NCBI RefSeq assembly: GCF_006345805.1
Contig: NC_043019.1
Span: 16,429,360 to 16,493,359, forward strand
Length of the DNA: 64,000 nucleotides
Source of the DNA: Octopus sinensis
Taxonomy: Eukaryota
Reading direction: 5' to 3'
The notes below the pieces were generated by a model that did no database searches, was not told the DNA's origin, and saw only the letters and a program-made list of their open reading frames with translations. Numbering within the stretch: the stretch's first letter is position 1; each line of letters opens with the position of its first letter. The position numbers were made by a program, and so were the translations under genes. Below, piece after piece: positions 52,440-64,000 of the stretch.

Positions 52440-52815
52440 CATCTTTAAACTTTCTCACTGGATTCCTACACATGTCCAACTGAGTCAATGGATGTCATCC
52501 AACCATCTTGCTCTTGGTCTACCCCCAAGTCTTCTGCCAGTTGGCTCTTGGTCTACCCCCCAAGTCTCCTGCCAGTTGGCCCTTGATCTACCCCCCAAGT
52601 CTCCTGCTAGTTGGCTCTTGGTCCACCCCCAAGTCTCCTGCCAGTTGGCTCTTTATCTACCCCCCAAGTCTCCTGCCAGTTGGCTCTTGGTCCACCTCCA
52701 AGTCTCCTGCCAGTTGGCTCTTTATCTACCCCCAAGTCTCCTGCCAGTTGGCTCAGCTTGAAGGATCATTCTAGTAATTCTTCTTTGCAACATTCTAACC
52801 ACATGTCTGTCATAT
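52440..52815 (-). mobile_element. RTE LINE 3' fragment containing an internal minisatellite
   Basis: The flanks join on the minus strand to read RHVVRMLQRRITRMILQAEPTGRRLGGRPRARWLDDI. Confidence 0.7.
52509..52753. repeat. Minisatellite, 7 units of 34-35 bp (tctacccccaagtctcctgccagttggctcttgg)
   Basis: Seven tandem units counted directly, with alternating unit ends (..ttgg / ..ttta). Confidence 0.95.
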
Positions 52816-52947
52816 AAATTACTCTCTAGAAATTACATAAAGCACTAATTTGAGATGTGGGGCTGATTTTTCTTTCTACTTCAAATTAGGACTCATAAAT
52901 ATCTGATGTTCTTTCCAGAACTGGAGGAAGTACCACCAGCAACTTAC

Positions 52948-53037
52948 CTTAGCAAAAACCTTCAAAGCATACCCAAGAATGGCCACCCGCTGGTCAATTT
53001 CTGTATACAGTTTCAATAGCTTCGTGTTATGTTGAGC
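52948..53037 (-). CDS. TUT4/7: TUT4/7 exon
   Basis: Encodes AQHNTKLLKLYTEIDQRVAILGYALKVFAK. 90 nt, AG/GT boundaries. Confidence 0.93.
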
Positions 53038-54465
53038 CTAGGAGAGGTGAAAAGTAAAAACAATCAATAAAGAAATGCACAAAATCAAAAAAAAAAACAA
53101 ACCAAACCTATCTATTTTGTTGTTTAAAGCCAGTCAGTCATGAATAATTTAACGTAGGATCAATAAGAATATATTTTAGCAGACCTGAAAGCTCAGTGGA
53201 GTGATTGAGAGACATTATTGATTTAGTTCTCGGCCGCTACACTCTCAGTTCAAATATTACAAAGGTTTGTCTTTAATTTTTCATCTGATTGATGATATTA
53301 TTGAGGACAGGACAGGATGAGGCTTGATTTAATTGAACATAAGTCACTATGCTCACAAAAAAAATCGAATCCATATATATCATCATATTTTAGCATCCAA
53401 TCTGCCATGCTTACATGGATTGAGGAAATTTTCAACAGCCAGATGCCAACAGTCATCAACCCTCACCTGTTTCCAGGTAAGGTAATATTTCCCTGTGCAG
53501 AGTGGAAATGAACAAAATTCCTTAGTATCACACCCTGATTATTAGTGTTTCATTCAAATCAGATGCTGATTACCATCATAAATAATTAAACAAAAATTAA
53601 TCAGAAGACCAAAGAAAATAATCTGAAAATTTGCAAATTAAATCATGACAATACAATTCCCAAAGCAGTTAAAAATGATAAGAAAAAAACCCCTTCAATA
53701 CTACTCCCCATGCTGCCCTCATTGCATGTATTTTCAAAATAATGAGCAGTTTAGTGAAGTAACAGCTCATTACGAAGCTGATGTTTGAAACCTCACTGGA
53801 GTCTTCAATGGAAAGCTTTAATTCAGATCATTTTAAAATAGGAAGTTTCTCTCACAAATGTTGGAATCAAAAAGACTCAAGACACTTGTGCATATCACAC
53901 TTGTCAAAACACTGAAGAAAGGACATAGAATCCTCAAGTGACCATCCATCCATCTTTGCTGCCCCCTGTCTTCTTCCATTGGGTCCTATCACAATCATCC
54001 ACCATTACACTTTTCTGTGCAACCGACAGGGACTTCTGGTTTGGCTTGAACAATCTGCCTTGTGGTGCTCTACTCGGACAGTCTGACCACATGCCCACAG
54101 GACCAGAGCCATTAACCGTATTTTCAAAATAAAGCTGGAATGTTTTCCATCTCAGGATTGATTTGGGACTAAACAACAACAACAGCATCACAGATTTGCA
54201 CAATGACAGCTGACATGGGACCAAACAACAGAAAACATTGCTTTCAGTTAGTATACAACAACTACATTGTGTCAACTGCCATTGGAGGTTGATTGCCAGT
54301 GAGACAAAGGAATGACAATTTCAAATCTCACCTCTGGCTATTTCGCTTCAGAAATAATGTTTGTCTTATGCTTTTGAGAGAAAAACATGAAAAATCATTG
54401 AAAAAAACAATGAAAACTGCATTATTCATGGGATGACCCAACATATATGTGTGTGTGCTGGCATA

Positions 54466-54690
54466 TAGGTGGTGAGCTGGCAGAAACGTTAGCACGCCGG
54501 GCGAAATGCGTAGCCGTATTTCGTCCGCCGTTATGTTCTGAGTTCAAATTCCGCCGAGGTCGACCTTGCCTTTCATCCTTTCGGGGTCGATAAATAAAGT
54601 ACCAGTTACGCACTGGGGTCGATGTAATCGACTTGATCCCTTTGTCTTTCCTTGTTTGTCCCCTCTATGTTTAGCCCTTTGTGGGCAGTA
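54466..54690 (+). mobile_element. tRNA-derived SINE with a central cctttcatcctttcggggtcgataaa..agtaccag domain (resembles the MetaSINE domain); copies at about 12220, 25610, 25905, 26155, 27190, 30005, 37255, 50230, 60680
   Basis: Many mutually similar copies with a tRNA-like head (gagctggcagaa.cgttagc..gagttcaaattcc). The family name is from recall and unverified. Confidence 0.8.
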
Positions 54691-55977
54691 AAGAAATATA
54701 TATGGGTGTGTGTGTAGGTACAGGCATGGTTGTGTAGTCAAGAAGATTGTCTTGCAAACATGTGGTCTAGGGTTCAGCCCTACTGTGCAGTACCTTGGGG
54801 CCAAGACAAATCAAAACCTTGTGAGTGAATTTCATAAAAGCTCATTGAATATGTGTGTGCCTCCCTCCACTTGAAACTGGTGTTGGTCTGTTTAGGTCCC
54901 CTAACTTAGCAGTTTGGCAAAAGTGATTGATAGAATAAGTACGGGCGTCAAGTAAGCTCTTCAAGATGGTACCCCAGCATGGCCACAGTGCAATGACTGA
55001 AACAAGGGTATAATAAGTTAATTTTTCTTAAATCTCTCAATTTGAGACTGTGTGCCATTTGATAAAAAAAAGAATTCATCTGAAACAACACAAAATCATT
55101 CTGCAGCATATTTTTTTTACATTAACAGGTTATTTCATAGTTTTTTCCTGTGATCAATATCAATACAGCAATCGGCCACCATTTATTATTCTGGACATTA
55201 ACAACTTGGACATCCCTGCTTTTATTAAAAGTTCTTATTGATCAGTTAATCAATAAATCAATAAGTTGTTGTTGTCGTCAAACATGTGCCAACAAAGGCG
55301 CCCCTAAATACTGACTTCATCTGCTAGAAATAGCAACCAAATACCCTGAAAATCACAGTATACTGTGCAAGAAATAGCAGCAAAATTTCCCTCAAATCAC
55401 AATATACTGTGTTATAAGAAGGGAGGCACATTGGAATAGAGTGAACCAAGACATACTAAGTATGACTAAAATATAGAATGACCACAGCCAGAGTGACTCC
55501 AATCAATGTTGTTGTTTGGCCACATGATAGACTTTGGGGCCAGGTGGGGTAAGAAGCTTGCTTCCCAACCACACGATTGCAGGTTCATTCCCACTGGGTG
55601 GTAACTTGGGCAAGTGTCTTCTACTATAGCCTTGGGCCAGCCAAAGCCTTCTGAGTGGATTTGGTAGACGGAAACTGAAAGAAGCCCGTCGTTTGTATAT
55701 GTGCGTGTGTGTGTGTGTATGTTTTTTCCACCACCATCACTTGACAACTGCTGATGGTGTGTTCACATCCCCGTAACTTAGTGGTTCAGCAAAAGAGACT
55801 GATAGAGAAAGTACTAGGCTAACAAAGAATAAGTCCTAGGGTCGATCCATTTGACTAAAGGCAGTGCTCTAGCATGGCCACAGTCAAATGACTGAAACAA
55901 GTAAAAGAATAAAAGCAAAGATGAAATCCACCCAGCCTCCCCAATATTATATTTAATTTGTTTTAATTTAAACTTAC

Positions 55978-56139
55978 AAGAGTGTTGTACAGACTGATAT
56001 CTCCTTCTAAATTGCTGTTTTTCAGTTTGAACTTGACAATCGGTACCTTGGCAGTAGTGATTGCAACAACACCATACAGTTGCTTGTTCTCGCGTAGTTT
56101 TTGAGCTAAACTCTCAATAATACAAACGCAGTCGAGACC
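55978..56139 (-). CDS. TUT4/7: TUT4/7 catalytic exon (third catalytic Asp)
   Basis: Encodes GLDCVCIIESLAQKLRENKQLYGVVAITTAKVPIVKFKLKNSNLEGDISLYNTL. 162 nt, AG/GT boundaries. Confidence 0.95.
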
Positions 56140-57465
56140 CTTGTAAAATTAAACAAAAAAAAAGTTTTAAAAGAATTAAAATATAAAATAAATATTAAAT
56201 TGAAAATTATAAAATGAAAAAAAAAAGCTTGAAAATATTTAAATAATAAAAATGAACAACTTTCTGTGTCACTTGTGAGAAAATATTTATTGGAAGAAAA
56301 GAAAATTAATTTTAATTTCAATCATATCAATGCTTGGCATGGCTTTGTGGTTAAGAAGTTTGTTTGTAACCATGGGGTTTTGGGTTCAGTTCCATTGGGC
56401 AAGCGTCTTCTACTATAACCCTGGGTAGATCAAAGCCTTAGGAGTAGATTTGGTAGGCAGTAACTGTGTGGAAGTCCATCGTATATGAGCGTGTGTGTGT
56501 ATCTCCATCACCCCACTGCTTGACAACTGGTGTTGGTTTGTTTACATCCCTGTAACTTGGCAATTCAGCAAAAGAGACTGATAGGCTAAGCAGACTTAAA
56601 AAAATCTAAGTGCCAAGAGGGAGTTGTTCAACAGAAAAAGAAGCCTTTTCAAGGTGGTGCCCCAGAATGGCCACAGTTCAATGATTAAAACAAGTGAAAG
56701 ATAAAAGAAGCTTCCATGTCATTTGTTGCGAAAAATATTTATTGGAAGAAAAACAGAATCCATAAACATGCCCACCACCTTAGAAAAACTGTAACCCTGA
56801 ATACACTATGCCTAGGAAAAAGTTGAGATGGTCACATCTTGAATCAATAGATCTGCAAGAATACAGCTGACCTTGGGTCAAACAACAAATAAATCTAATC
56901 CACTGGGTATGGCTTTGTGGTAAGAAGTTTGCTTCCTAACCACATGGTTTTGGGGTCAGCCCCAGTGCATGGCACCTCGAGTAAGTGTCTTCTGCTGTGG
57001 ACTTGTGAGAGGATCTGGTAGAGAGAAATTGAATGAAGCCCACAGCATATATATATATATATATACACACGTGTGTGTGTTTATGTCTGTTCCTCCATCA
57101 CTTGTGAACCGGTGTCAGTTTGTTTATCTCCCCGTAACTTAGCAAAATAAGCACCAGAATTTTTAAAACATAAGTACTGGGGTTGATTTGTTCAACTAAA
57201 ACCTGTCAAAGTAGGGCTCCAGTATGGGCACAGTGCAATAACTGAAATGAATAAAAGATAAACCTTGTTGTCAATGTGTCACACCCATCATTGTCCATAG
57301 TTGCTGCCAGTAATGTTGTTGTTTAATGGATTAGTTAGAAGAAGCAAAATTGGAGAGAGGGATTAGTGAAGTGCCTGGTAAATGAAAGACAATAGGAGAG
57401 AAGGATCAGGCTGAGATGGGGACAGGCAGTCAGAGTTGCAGTGATGAGGGAGATGTGATACTTAC

Positions 57466-57566
57466 ATCAGCGTTTTGGTGGTTACAGAATGTAATGCAGA
57501 TGTCGAGGTCACTATTCTGAAAGCCAAATCCATTGCAGGAGGAACCAAATAAATGCAGACGAGCTT
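57466..57566 (-). CDS. TUT4/7: TUT4/7 catalytic exon (GSS and DxD motifs)
   Basis: Encodes EARLHLFGSSCNGFGFQNSDLDICITFCNHQNAD, the nucleotidyltransferase signature. Phases are consistent. Confidence 0.95.
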
Positions 57567-57866
57567 CTGTAATGGGGGCAGAAAACAATTGAATATTTTA
57601 GTTGGTAGAGAAGAGAAGAGAGAAGGCAGAGAGAGAGAGGGTGGGGGGAGGGGAAGGGGAAGTGAGGTGGGAGAGAGGAATGCGATTAGGGGAGAAATAG
57701 GGAGTAAGAGAATGAAGGGACAAAGTAGAGAGACAGAGACAGACAGACAGACAGGAGAGAAAGTTTAAGAGAATAAAGGTGAGAGAGAGAGGGGGGGAGG
57801 AAAGAAATGAAGAAAGATTTTTGAAAGAGAGAAGGAAACATAAAACAATAAAAAGTGAAATAATAC

Positions 57867-57953
57867 CTGGGTACCATTCTCGGATGAGACATTCCAAACC
57901 TTTAACTATCTTCTCCCTGTCTTCGGTGCTCAAGTCTGTGGGACCAAGATCTT
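57867..57953 (-). CDS. TUT4/7: TUT4/7 exon
   Basis: Encodes KDLGPTDLSTEDREKIVKGLECLIREWYP. 87 nt, phase 1/1. Confidence 0.88.
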
Positions 57954-59502
57954 CTGTCAACAGAATATACAACCAAGAGATCAGTAAGTCCACCAACAAC
58001 ATTGTCAGCGATGTATTGCATGCAGCGGGGCAGGGGACAACACAGTAAATATTGACTTCATTTGCTAATTCGTTTTCACATCCACTTTCCCATGCTAGCA
58101 TGGGTTAGACAAATATACTTTTGAAGTATTGTTCTACAGCCAAATGCCTTTACTTGTTTTTCAAATGAGGGGTTTCTTATTTCCTATCTGAAAAAGGTGC
58201 AAAGCCAGCAGATGATATGCTGACATCAGAAGTGATCCTGTCACCACCTGAAGCACAGTGACGTTTGGAGAAACACACACACACACACAGAAGCTATGTG
58301 GTGAAGAAGTTTACTTTCCAACCATGTGACTCCATGTTCAATCTCACTTGGAGCACTATTATTGAGCCAGACCAACCCAAGTATTGCAAGCGGATTTGAT
58401 AGATGGGAATTGAAAGAATCCTCATCAGGTGTCTGTGTGTGTGTGTGTTTGTTTGTTTCTTTGTTTTGACATCATGTGACAGTTGTTAACAAGCATCATC
58501 ATCATCATCATGCAGACAGTGTTTTTTCCCATTTCCAATCTTCAATGTAAACCTGTCCTGTTTTGGGCAAATATTTACCTTACTTGGAAACTTACAGGAG
58601 AATAAAAACCTAAATATCATACACAAGTTATTATTGATATTATTAACAATAACATTATAATTTTCTTTTTTTTATTACTATTAATCCTGTTTTTAAAGAT
58701 TAGAAGGGTTTCAATGTTATACCCCTCCACCACATTACAATCAGTTTCCATCTCTGATCATCAACAAATATGTTTTATTTCTGGACATGCACAGGACAGA
58801 TTTTAAACTATCAACCATCATTTTTTTCATCATCATCATTGTTTAACGTCCGTTTTCCATGCTAGCATGGGTAATAATAATAATAATATTAATAATAGAC
58901 CACTAATGTATGCACATGAGAGCAACAGCAAGGAGTAAAACAAATAAAGGACAAAGTGTTTATCCCTAGACCTGATGTTAACAGTCTGAAATATAGACTT
59001 ATTACAGGGAACTGTGATGATAGATGGGTCAGTGGTCAGTGGGTTGAGCTCACGATCAAAAAGGTTGTGAGTTCAATTCCTGGGCTGGGCAGCACATTGT
59101 GTCCTTGTGCAAAATATTTCATTTCAAGCTGCTTCAGTCTAACTCAGCTGTAAATGGGTACCACCCTAGTGTTGTTGCAAATTCCTCTCCCTCTTTTGCT
59201 GTCACATCCTCCAAGGTGGGAGGGCCAAGGGTGTGGGAAGGGGTTATATCTCGTTACAACTACATCATGGACACCTAAAACAATTAGTGAAAGCATCGTA
59301 ATACGAGCTGCCAGATTACATTTGCTTGCAAATGACAATTAAGCAAGCTGCCGAGCCTGGGTGCATGGCTTGCGCAGCACCCTCACAGGACCACACCAAA
59401 AAGAGAACCTCTTACATGGCCACTTGACCAACTAACGATACCAGGCAAAATCTTTCTCTCAAATCACATCCTACTGTCTTAAATAGAGAAAGGACACATT
59501 AA

Positions 59503-59697
59503 TCCTTTGGCATTTAAACTGACCATATCAATGTGGCTAGATCTGGTCTCTCTCACCTACCCTACAATGACATTCTAAAAAGAAGCAATCACATTACCTA
59601 AATCTCTAAGCTATGAGATAACAGATAATTGATTGAAAAACAACGAGAATAAATAAAGACCACGTTTGTTTGACAGAATAATTTGAATGCTGAAGGG
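59503..59697. mobile_element. Second copy of the piggyBac-like MITE
   Basis: ttaa-TCCTTTGGCATTTA ... TTTGAATGCTGAAGGG-tcaa. Internal homology to 9034-9250 (acattctaaaaa..aaacaatcacat, gaataaataa). Confidence 0.6.
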
Positions 59698-59855
59698 TCA
59701 AACAATGTAGTCCTACATAACCCTAAAGAGAATGAATGGTCAAGCTGGAATGCTTTTGATCACAGGTCCACTCAGTCAGAGTTGATCAGGAAGAGGAGGC
59801 GGAGGAGGAGCAACAACAACAACAAACAATGGACATAAAAAGAACAAAGACTTAC

Positions 59856-60003
59856 TTGGTATTTGCATGAGCATCTCGTTCAAAAGCTTCAAACTCTCTT
59901 CGGTCATGGCTGGTAAGGGCAATAAAGGAGGGAGTTTCTCCTCAGGACAGTCGTTCTTCAAATGCCCTTCTTTCTCACAGATGCTGCACACTTTTGCTGG
60001 TCC
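59856..60003 (-). CDS. TUT4/7: TUT4/7 exon with CCHC zinc knuckle
   Basis: Encodes GPAKVCSICEKEGHLKNDCPEEKLPPLLPLPAMTEESLKLLNEMLMQIP. Compare TUT7 as recalled, VCSLCKREGHLKKDCPE. Confidence 0.93.
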
Positions 60004-61647
60004 CTAATGAGACATGATACAGACAAAAACAACACTAGAGGCTCACGTTAAGTGCAACACAATCTACCACAACCCCCAAAATGTAAATAGCAGCCAAATC
60101 ACAACCTATCATTTAGAAAATGTAAGTGACCCTACATTGGAGAATGCTGTGCACGATATAGAAAAGATGGGGTTGCCACACCTTTGAATCATAGTGCTGC
60201 ATGACCAGAACAGGACTAAACAAGGTGAATGGATTGATGTTTGCTGCAGCCACAACCCCATCCCATCACAAAACAAGACAGCCTCTATGTGGATGCTGAA
60301 CATCCCAGAAATAGCAGCCAAACCTCCATCAAATTTCACTCTTAAAAAAGAAAAGGGAAAGCATTTTGGATATAGTATATCAAAAAATCAGTTGGGATGG
60401 TCACGACTGGAATACTTTTGATCAAAAGCCTGTTTAATCAAAGATGATCTGGGATTAAATGATAACCAGTTACCCAATCATTTCTTACAATGACAAGAAA
60501 CTACAAATGTTTTAAGAGAAGTCAAATGTGATGCCCCAGGGTGCACCTACTCCCCACCCCACAACACACCTGGCCCCTTGGTGGTCACATTGCAGCCAAT
60601 ATGAAATGGGAAGGATTCCAGACTGGAATTGACTGCTCTGGTAATCTGTCAACCTTGTACCATTATGCAAGTGAGTAAGGCGGCGAGCTGGCAGAACCGT
60701 TAGCACGCCGGGCAAAATGCGTAGCCGTATTTCATCTGCCGTTACGTTCTGAGTTCAAATTCCGCCGAGGTCGACTTTGCCTTTCATCCTTTGAGGGTCG
60801 ATAAATTAAGTACCAGTTACACACTGGGGCCGATATAATCAACTTAATCCGTTTGTCAGTCCTTGTTTGTCCTCTCTGTGTTTAGCCCCTTGTGGTTAGT
60901 AAAGAAATAGGTATTTTGTCTGTTTTTACGTTTTGAGTTCAAATTCCGCCGAGGTCGACTTTGCCTTTCATCCTTTCGGGGTCGATAAATTAAGTACCAA
61001 TTGCATACTGGGGTCGATCTAATTGACTGCACCTCTTCTCGCCCAAATTTCAGGCCTTGTGCCTAGACTAGAAACAATTACGCAAATAAGTTGTGTACAT
61101 TTTAATAAGCAGTTTTCTGCATCTTTACTTTGGCCCCTTAGGAGGGAGAGATGTGAGAGGGCCCCAGTGAATTGTAACAACAGTGCAAAGAGGTTAGTTC
61201 AATTCTAGTCTAAAGCTGCCAAAAAGAAAAAGGCCATTGTGGGCCTAATTTTGCAGCAAGACAAATTTACATAGAGATGACTCGATAGTTTTATTTCTTT
61301 ATAATCCCTGTTCTATTTGTGTTTTAGCCCCCAAACTGCTTGATCGTATCGTAACAGCACCACTCTCACTTGCAGCAGCAACAAGAAGAGCTGTACATTG
61401 TTGCTTGACCCACTAGAAATAACAATCATATTGCCCTCAACTTACACCGCACTCTCTTAAAGCAAATAAACAACACATTATTGGACAAAAGAGCCCTGGA
61501 TGTGATGTATGGTGAAAAGATGGGATGGTTATGGCTGGAATGTCTTTAATCATTGACCTGCTTAGTCAGGGCCAACCCCTGGGAATAAACAAAACAACAG
61601 CAAACATCAGTACTAGAAACAGAAACCAAACCAAAAGCCACACTCAC

Positions 61648-62179
61648 CTTTCCATCAGACAAGTTTTCAACGGAGAAAACATAAGCACAGCCCTCGTTAC
61701 TGGGAGACCGTTGAGAAGAAGTGTGCATATTGCCTGAAGAATCTACATCATCATCATCATCATATCATCATCATCATCATCATCCTCATCATCATCATCC
61801 TCCGGTTCTGAACATTGAGATGATCCAGTTGACTGGGTGGATTGCTGTTCTGGGTCATGAACCTCATTAACCAACATTGCCTTGTCATCAGAGCCCTTGG
61901 AAGGAGATTGTGCCAATGAGTTAGGGGATGGAGTTTTGCAGTTGGGATCTTTGGGAGTCCGGTCGGTACCATTCATTTGTGTTGCTGTAGTTGTTGTTGT
62001 TGCAGTTAGTGAGCCTGATTGCTGTTCATTGTTGTCTTTCTTTGGACTGCTGCTAGACGAGTTGGAAGTAGGCGGAAAGCCGAAGTAGAGGCAAGTTTTC
62101 ACAAGACAATCTTGGAAATACTCAAAAATCTTCCTTCCGCTCACAGACCTGGCAATGTTTCGCTTTGTAGAAAATGGAT
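61648..62179 (-). CDS. TUT4/7: TUT4/7 linker exon with an apparent 1-nt frameshift at 61763-61764
   Basis: The 5' frame reads DPFSTKRNIARSVSGRKIFEYFQDCLVKTCLYFGFP..DDDD. The 3' frame reads DDDVDSSGNMHTSS..YVFSVENLSDGK into a gtgagt donor. The two frames differ by one base inside (GAT)n. Confidence 0.85.
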
Positions 62180-63014
62180 CTAAGTAACGAAAAGATTGTT
62201 TTTAAATTTATAATTAATATTGATGTTATTGATAACGACATTATTGATAACCAATATTATTGGTATCTATACAATTTCATTAATACACAAAGTCTGTATG
62301 TGATTGCCCCTCCTTTCAACAAATAACACCCTACTGTCTTAATAAAACACTGTATAATGTAGTCTATGATACATGCTGAAAATATCTGAATGGTCATGCC
62401 TGGAATACCTTTGACCATGGGTTTGTTCGATCAGGTTTGGTGTAGGGTAAACACACACCTAGAGACTCTAATTTACTTCCAGCAGCTAATAACATTCTTA
62501 CCTGCATCTAGAATAGCTTTACCTTCAACAGAGAAACTTGTACACACATATACACTCTTAACTTCAGAAGCTAACAACACAAACCAATGGAGTAGATTCT
62601 ATGTGGTCACACAATTTGCTGGAAATAGTAGCCCAAACCGCTTTCACATTGTACCTTAATTGTCTTAGAAAAAGACACATTGGGTAGTACCAGATACATG
62701 GTTGTCTTTGAATGAATAAAGATGGCATGATTACCAAAGGACATCCTTAGTTTTAGCCCTGACCTTGGGATAAACAACAAACCACACACCCACATCCATG
62801 CTTCCAACAGCTAAACACACACACACTCAAACATGGCAAGGTCTCTTATTTCTAAAACCTATTCAAATACATACACCCTTCCTCACAACCACACTGTCAG
62901 CCCTACACAAAATAATCCTTTTACACAACACATTTTGGCCCCTGTCACCAACAACAAACCATAGCCAGAGAGATAGTTCTACCCAAGACTAGCACTACAA
63001 CTATGACAACATAC

Positions 63015-63186
63015 CTTCAATGGCAAGTCGTTTGGTCTTCCAGTTCTTTGCCACCCGGGTCAACTTGTTCTCGTAGTTGATTGAGATGACAGTGCTGGAA
63101 CTGTCGAAGCCCTGGCAGTAAAACTTCAACATCTCCAGCCATAATTCACCAACATTTAACATATTCTTCACTTGAAAGGTTGATGC
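63015..63186 (-). CDS. TUT4/7: TUT4/7 exon (N-terminal PAP-associated module); the gene continues beyond the window
   Basis: Encodes ASTFQVKNMLNVGELWLEMLKFYCQGFDSSSTVISINYENKLTRVAKNWKTKRLAIE. Compare TUT4 as recalled, GELWLELLKFY..NWPKRRIAIE. The 5' boundary is less certain. Confidence 0.88.
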
Positions 63187-64000
63187 CTGATTAGAAGAGA
63201 CAAGAATGGAATGATTAGCTGGCACTTGATGATATTGGGAAAAAAAGAAGGGGAAAAGGTGAGGAATGAAGAAAGGAAGCAAAGCAAGAGAAATAGAAAA
63301 TTCATCAGAAGATTTTGTCTAGAAAGGATTAATAAAGAGCTAAAAAAAAAGAGAAAGATCTGGAGATATACTTACTGCTTTTGTAATAGTCTCAAAAAAT
63401 CTCTCTCTCTGTTTCTCATCTGTTGCCCGCTGAAATATTAAAAAAACAGTTTAGCTTATCACATAGAGAGAGAGAGAGTAGGCATGTGTGTATGTGCGTG
63501 TGAAGCTGGTGAGGGAACCTACCAGAAGGTCTCGGTCATTTTCACATTTCATGTGTATTTTGGCTTTGGCCAAAATACACATGAAAATACAATGCTTGAG
63601 TGAACTGACACCAAGTGTATCACTGGTATTTATTTTTTATTAAAACCTGTGAAGCCAAGTGAAATTGTAGTCATGGCCGATGCCAGTGTCACATGACTGG
63701 CACAAAAAACCATCCATTACACTCCTGGAGTGTAACGTTAGGTTGGCATTAGGAAGGGCATCCAGCCGCAGAAACCATGCTGAATCAGACTGGAACCTGG
63801 TGCAGCTCCCCAGCTTACCAATTCCAGTCAAACCATCTAAACAATACCAGCATGGAAAGCAGATGCTAAATAATGATGATGATAACACTAGGTGGGTTTG
63901 AACAGAAGATGGTAAATTAATAAACTAGATTTTGGTCAAGCATCAAATCCAGAGTTTAACCACTCTTATTGCTTTTATTTTTTTATTTATTTCATGTCAT

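Noticed and set aside
53934-54275. 113-aa minus-strand ORF inside the TUT locus
   Set aside because: The flanking exons (55978 and 53037) join in frame without it, matching TUT4/7 collinearly, and it has no recognisable motif.
8141-64000. Most 60-130 aa ORFs in the supplied track
   Set aside because: They derive from SINEs or microsatellites (IYIY, VCVC, SLSL, HTHT runs) and lack splice or homology support.

Overview
This is eukaryotic, repeat-rich genomic DNA. The SINE repertoire looks like Octopus or another coleoid cephalopod (inference from recall, not a database search). Two spliced genes converge tail-to-tail. The first is the last four coding exons of a HECT E3 ligase matching AREL1 (+ strand, 7863-13258), preceded by an intronic minisatellite of at least 7.8 kb with a ~33-bp unit. 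The second is the C-terminal part of a TUT4/TUT7-type terminal uridylyltransferase (- strand, 17 exons from 63186 to about 34898). Its catalytic module is intact, it has two CCHC knuckles and a poly-Q/H tail, and there is a 1-nt frameshift in a (GAT)n tract. Introns and the intergenic space hold several SINE families, RTE-type LINE remnants, an internally deleted piggyBac and TTAA-type MITEs. The most notable unannotated signal is a set of minimal type I hammerhead-ribozyme motifs of the Penelope-like kind, in three unrelated repeat families. One sits at the 3' end of a tRNA-headed SINE with an adjacent inverted copy (33694-34054). One is a stand-alone motif with a long loop II (14091-14176, - strand). 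Two copies of a third family share a non-canonical CUGUNGA core (19570-19607 and 44433-44470). All exon boundaries and RNA folds were derived by hand.
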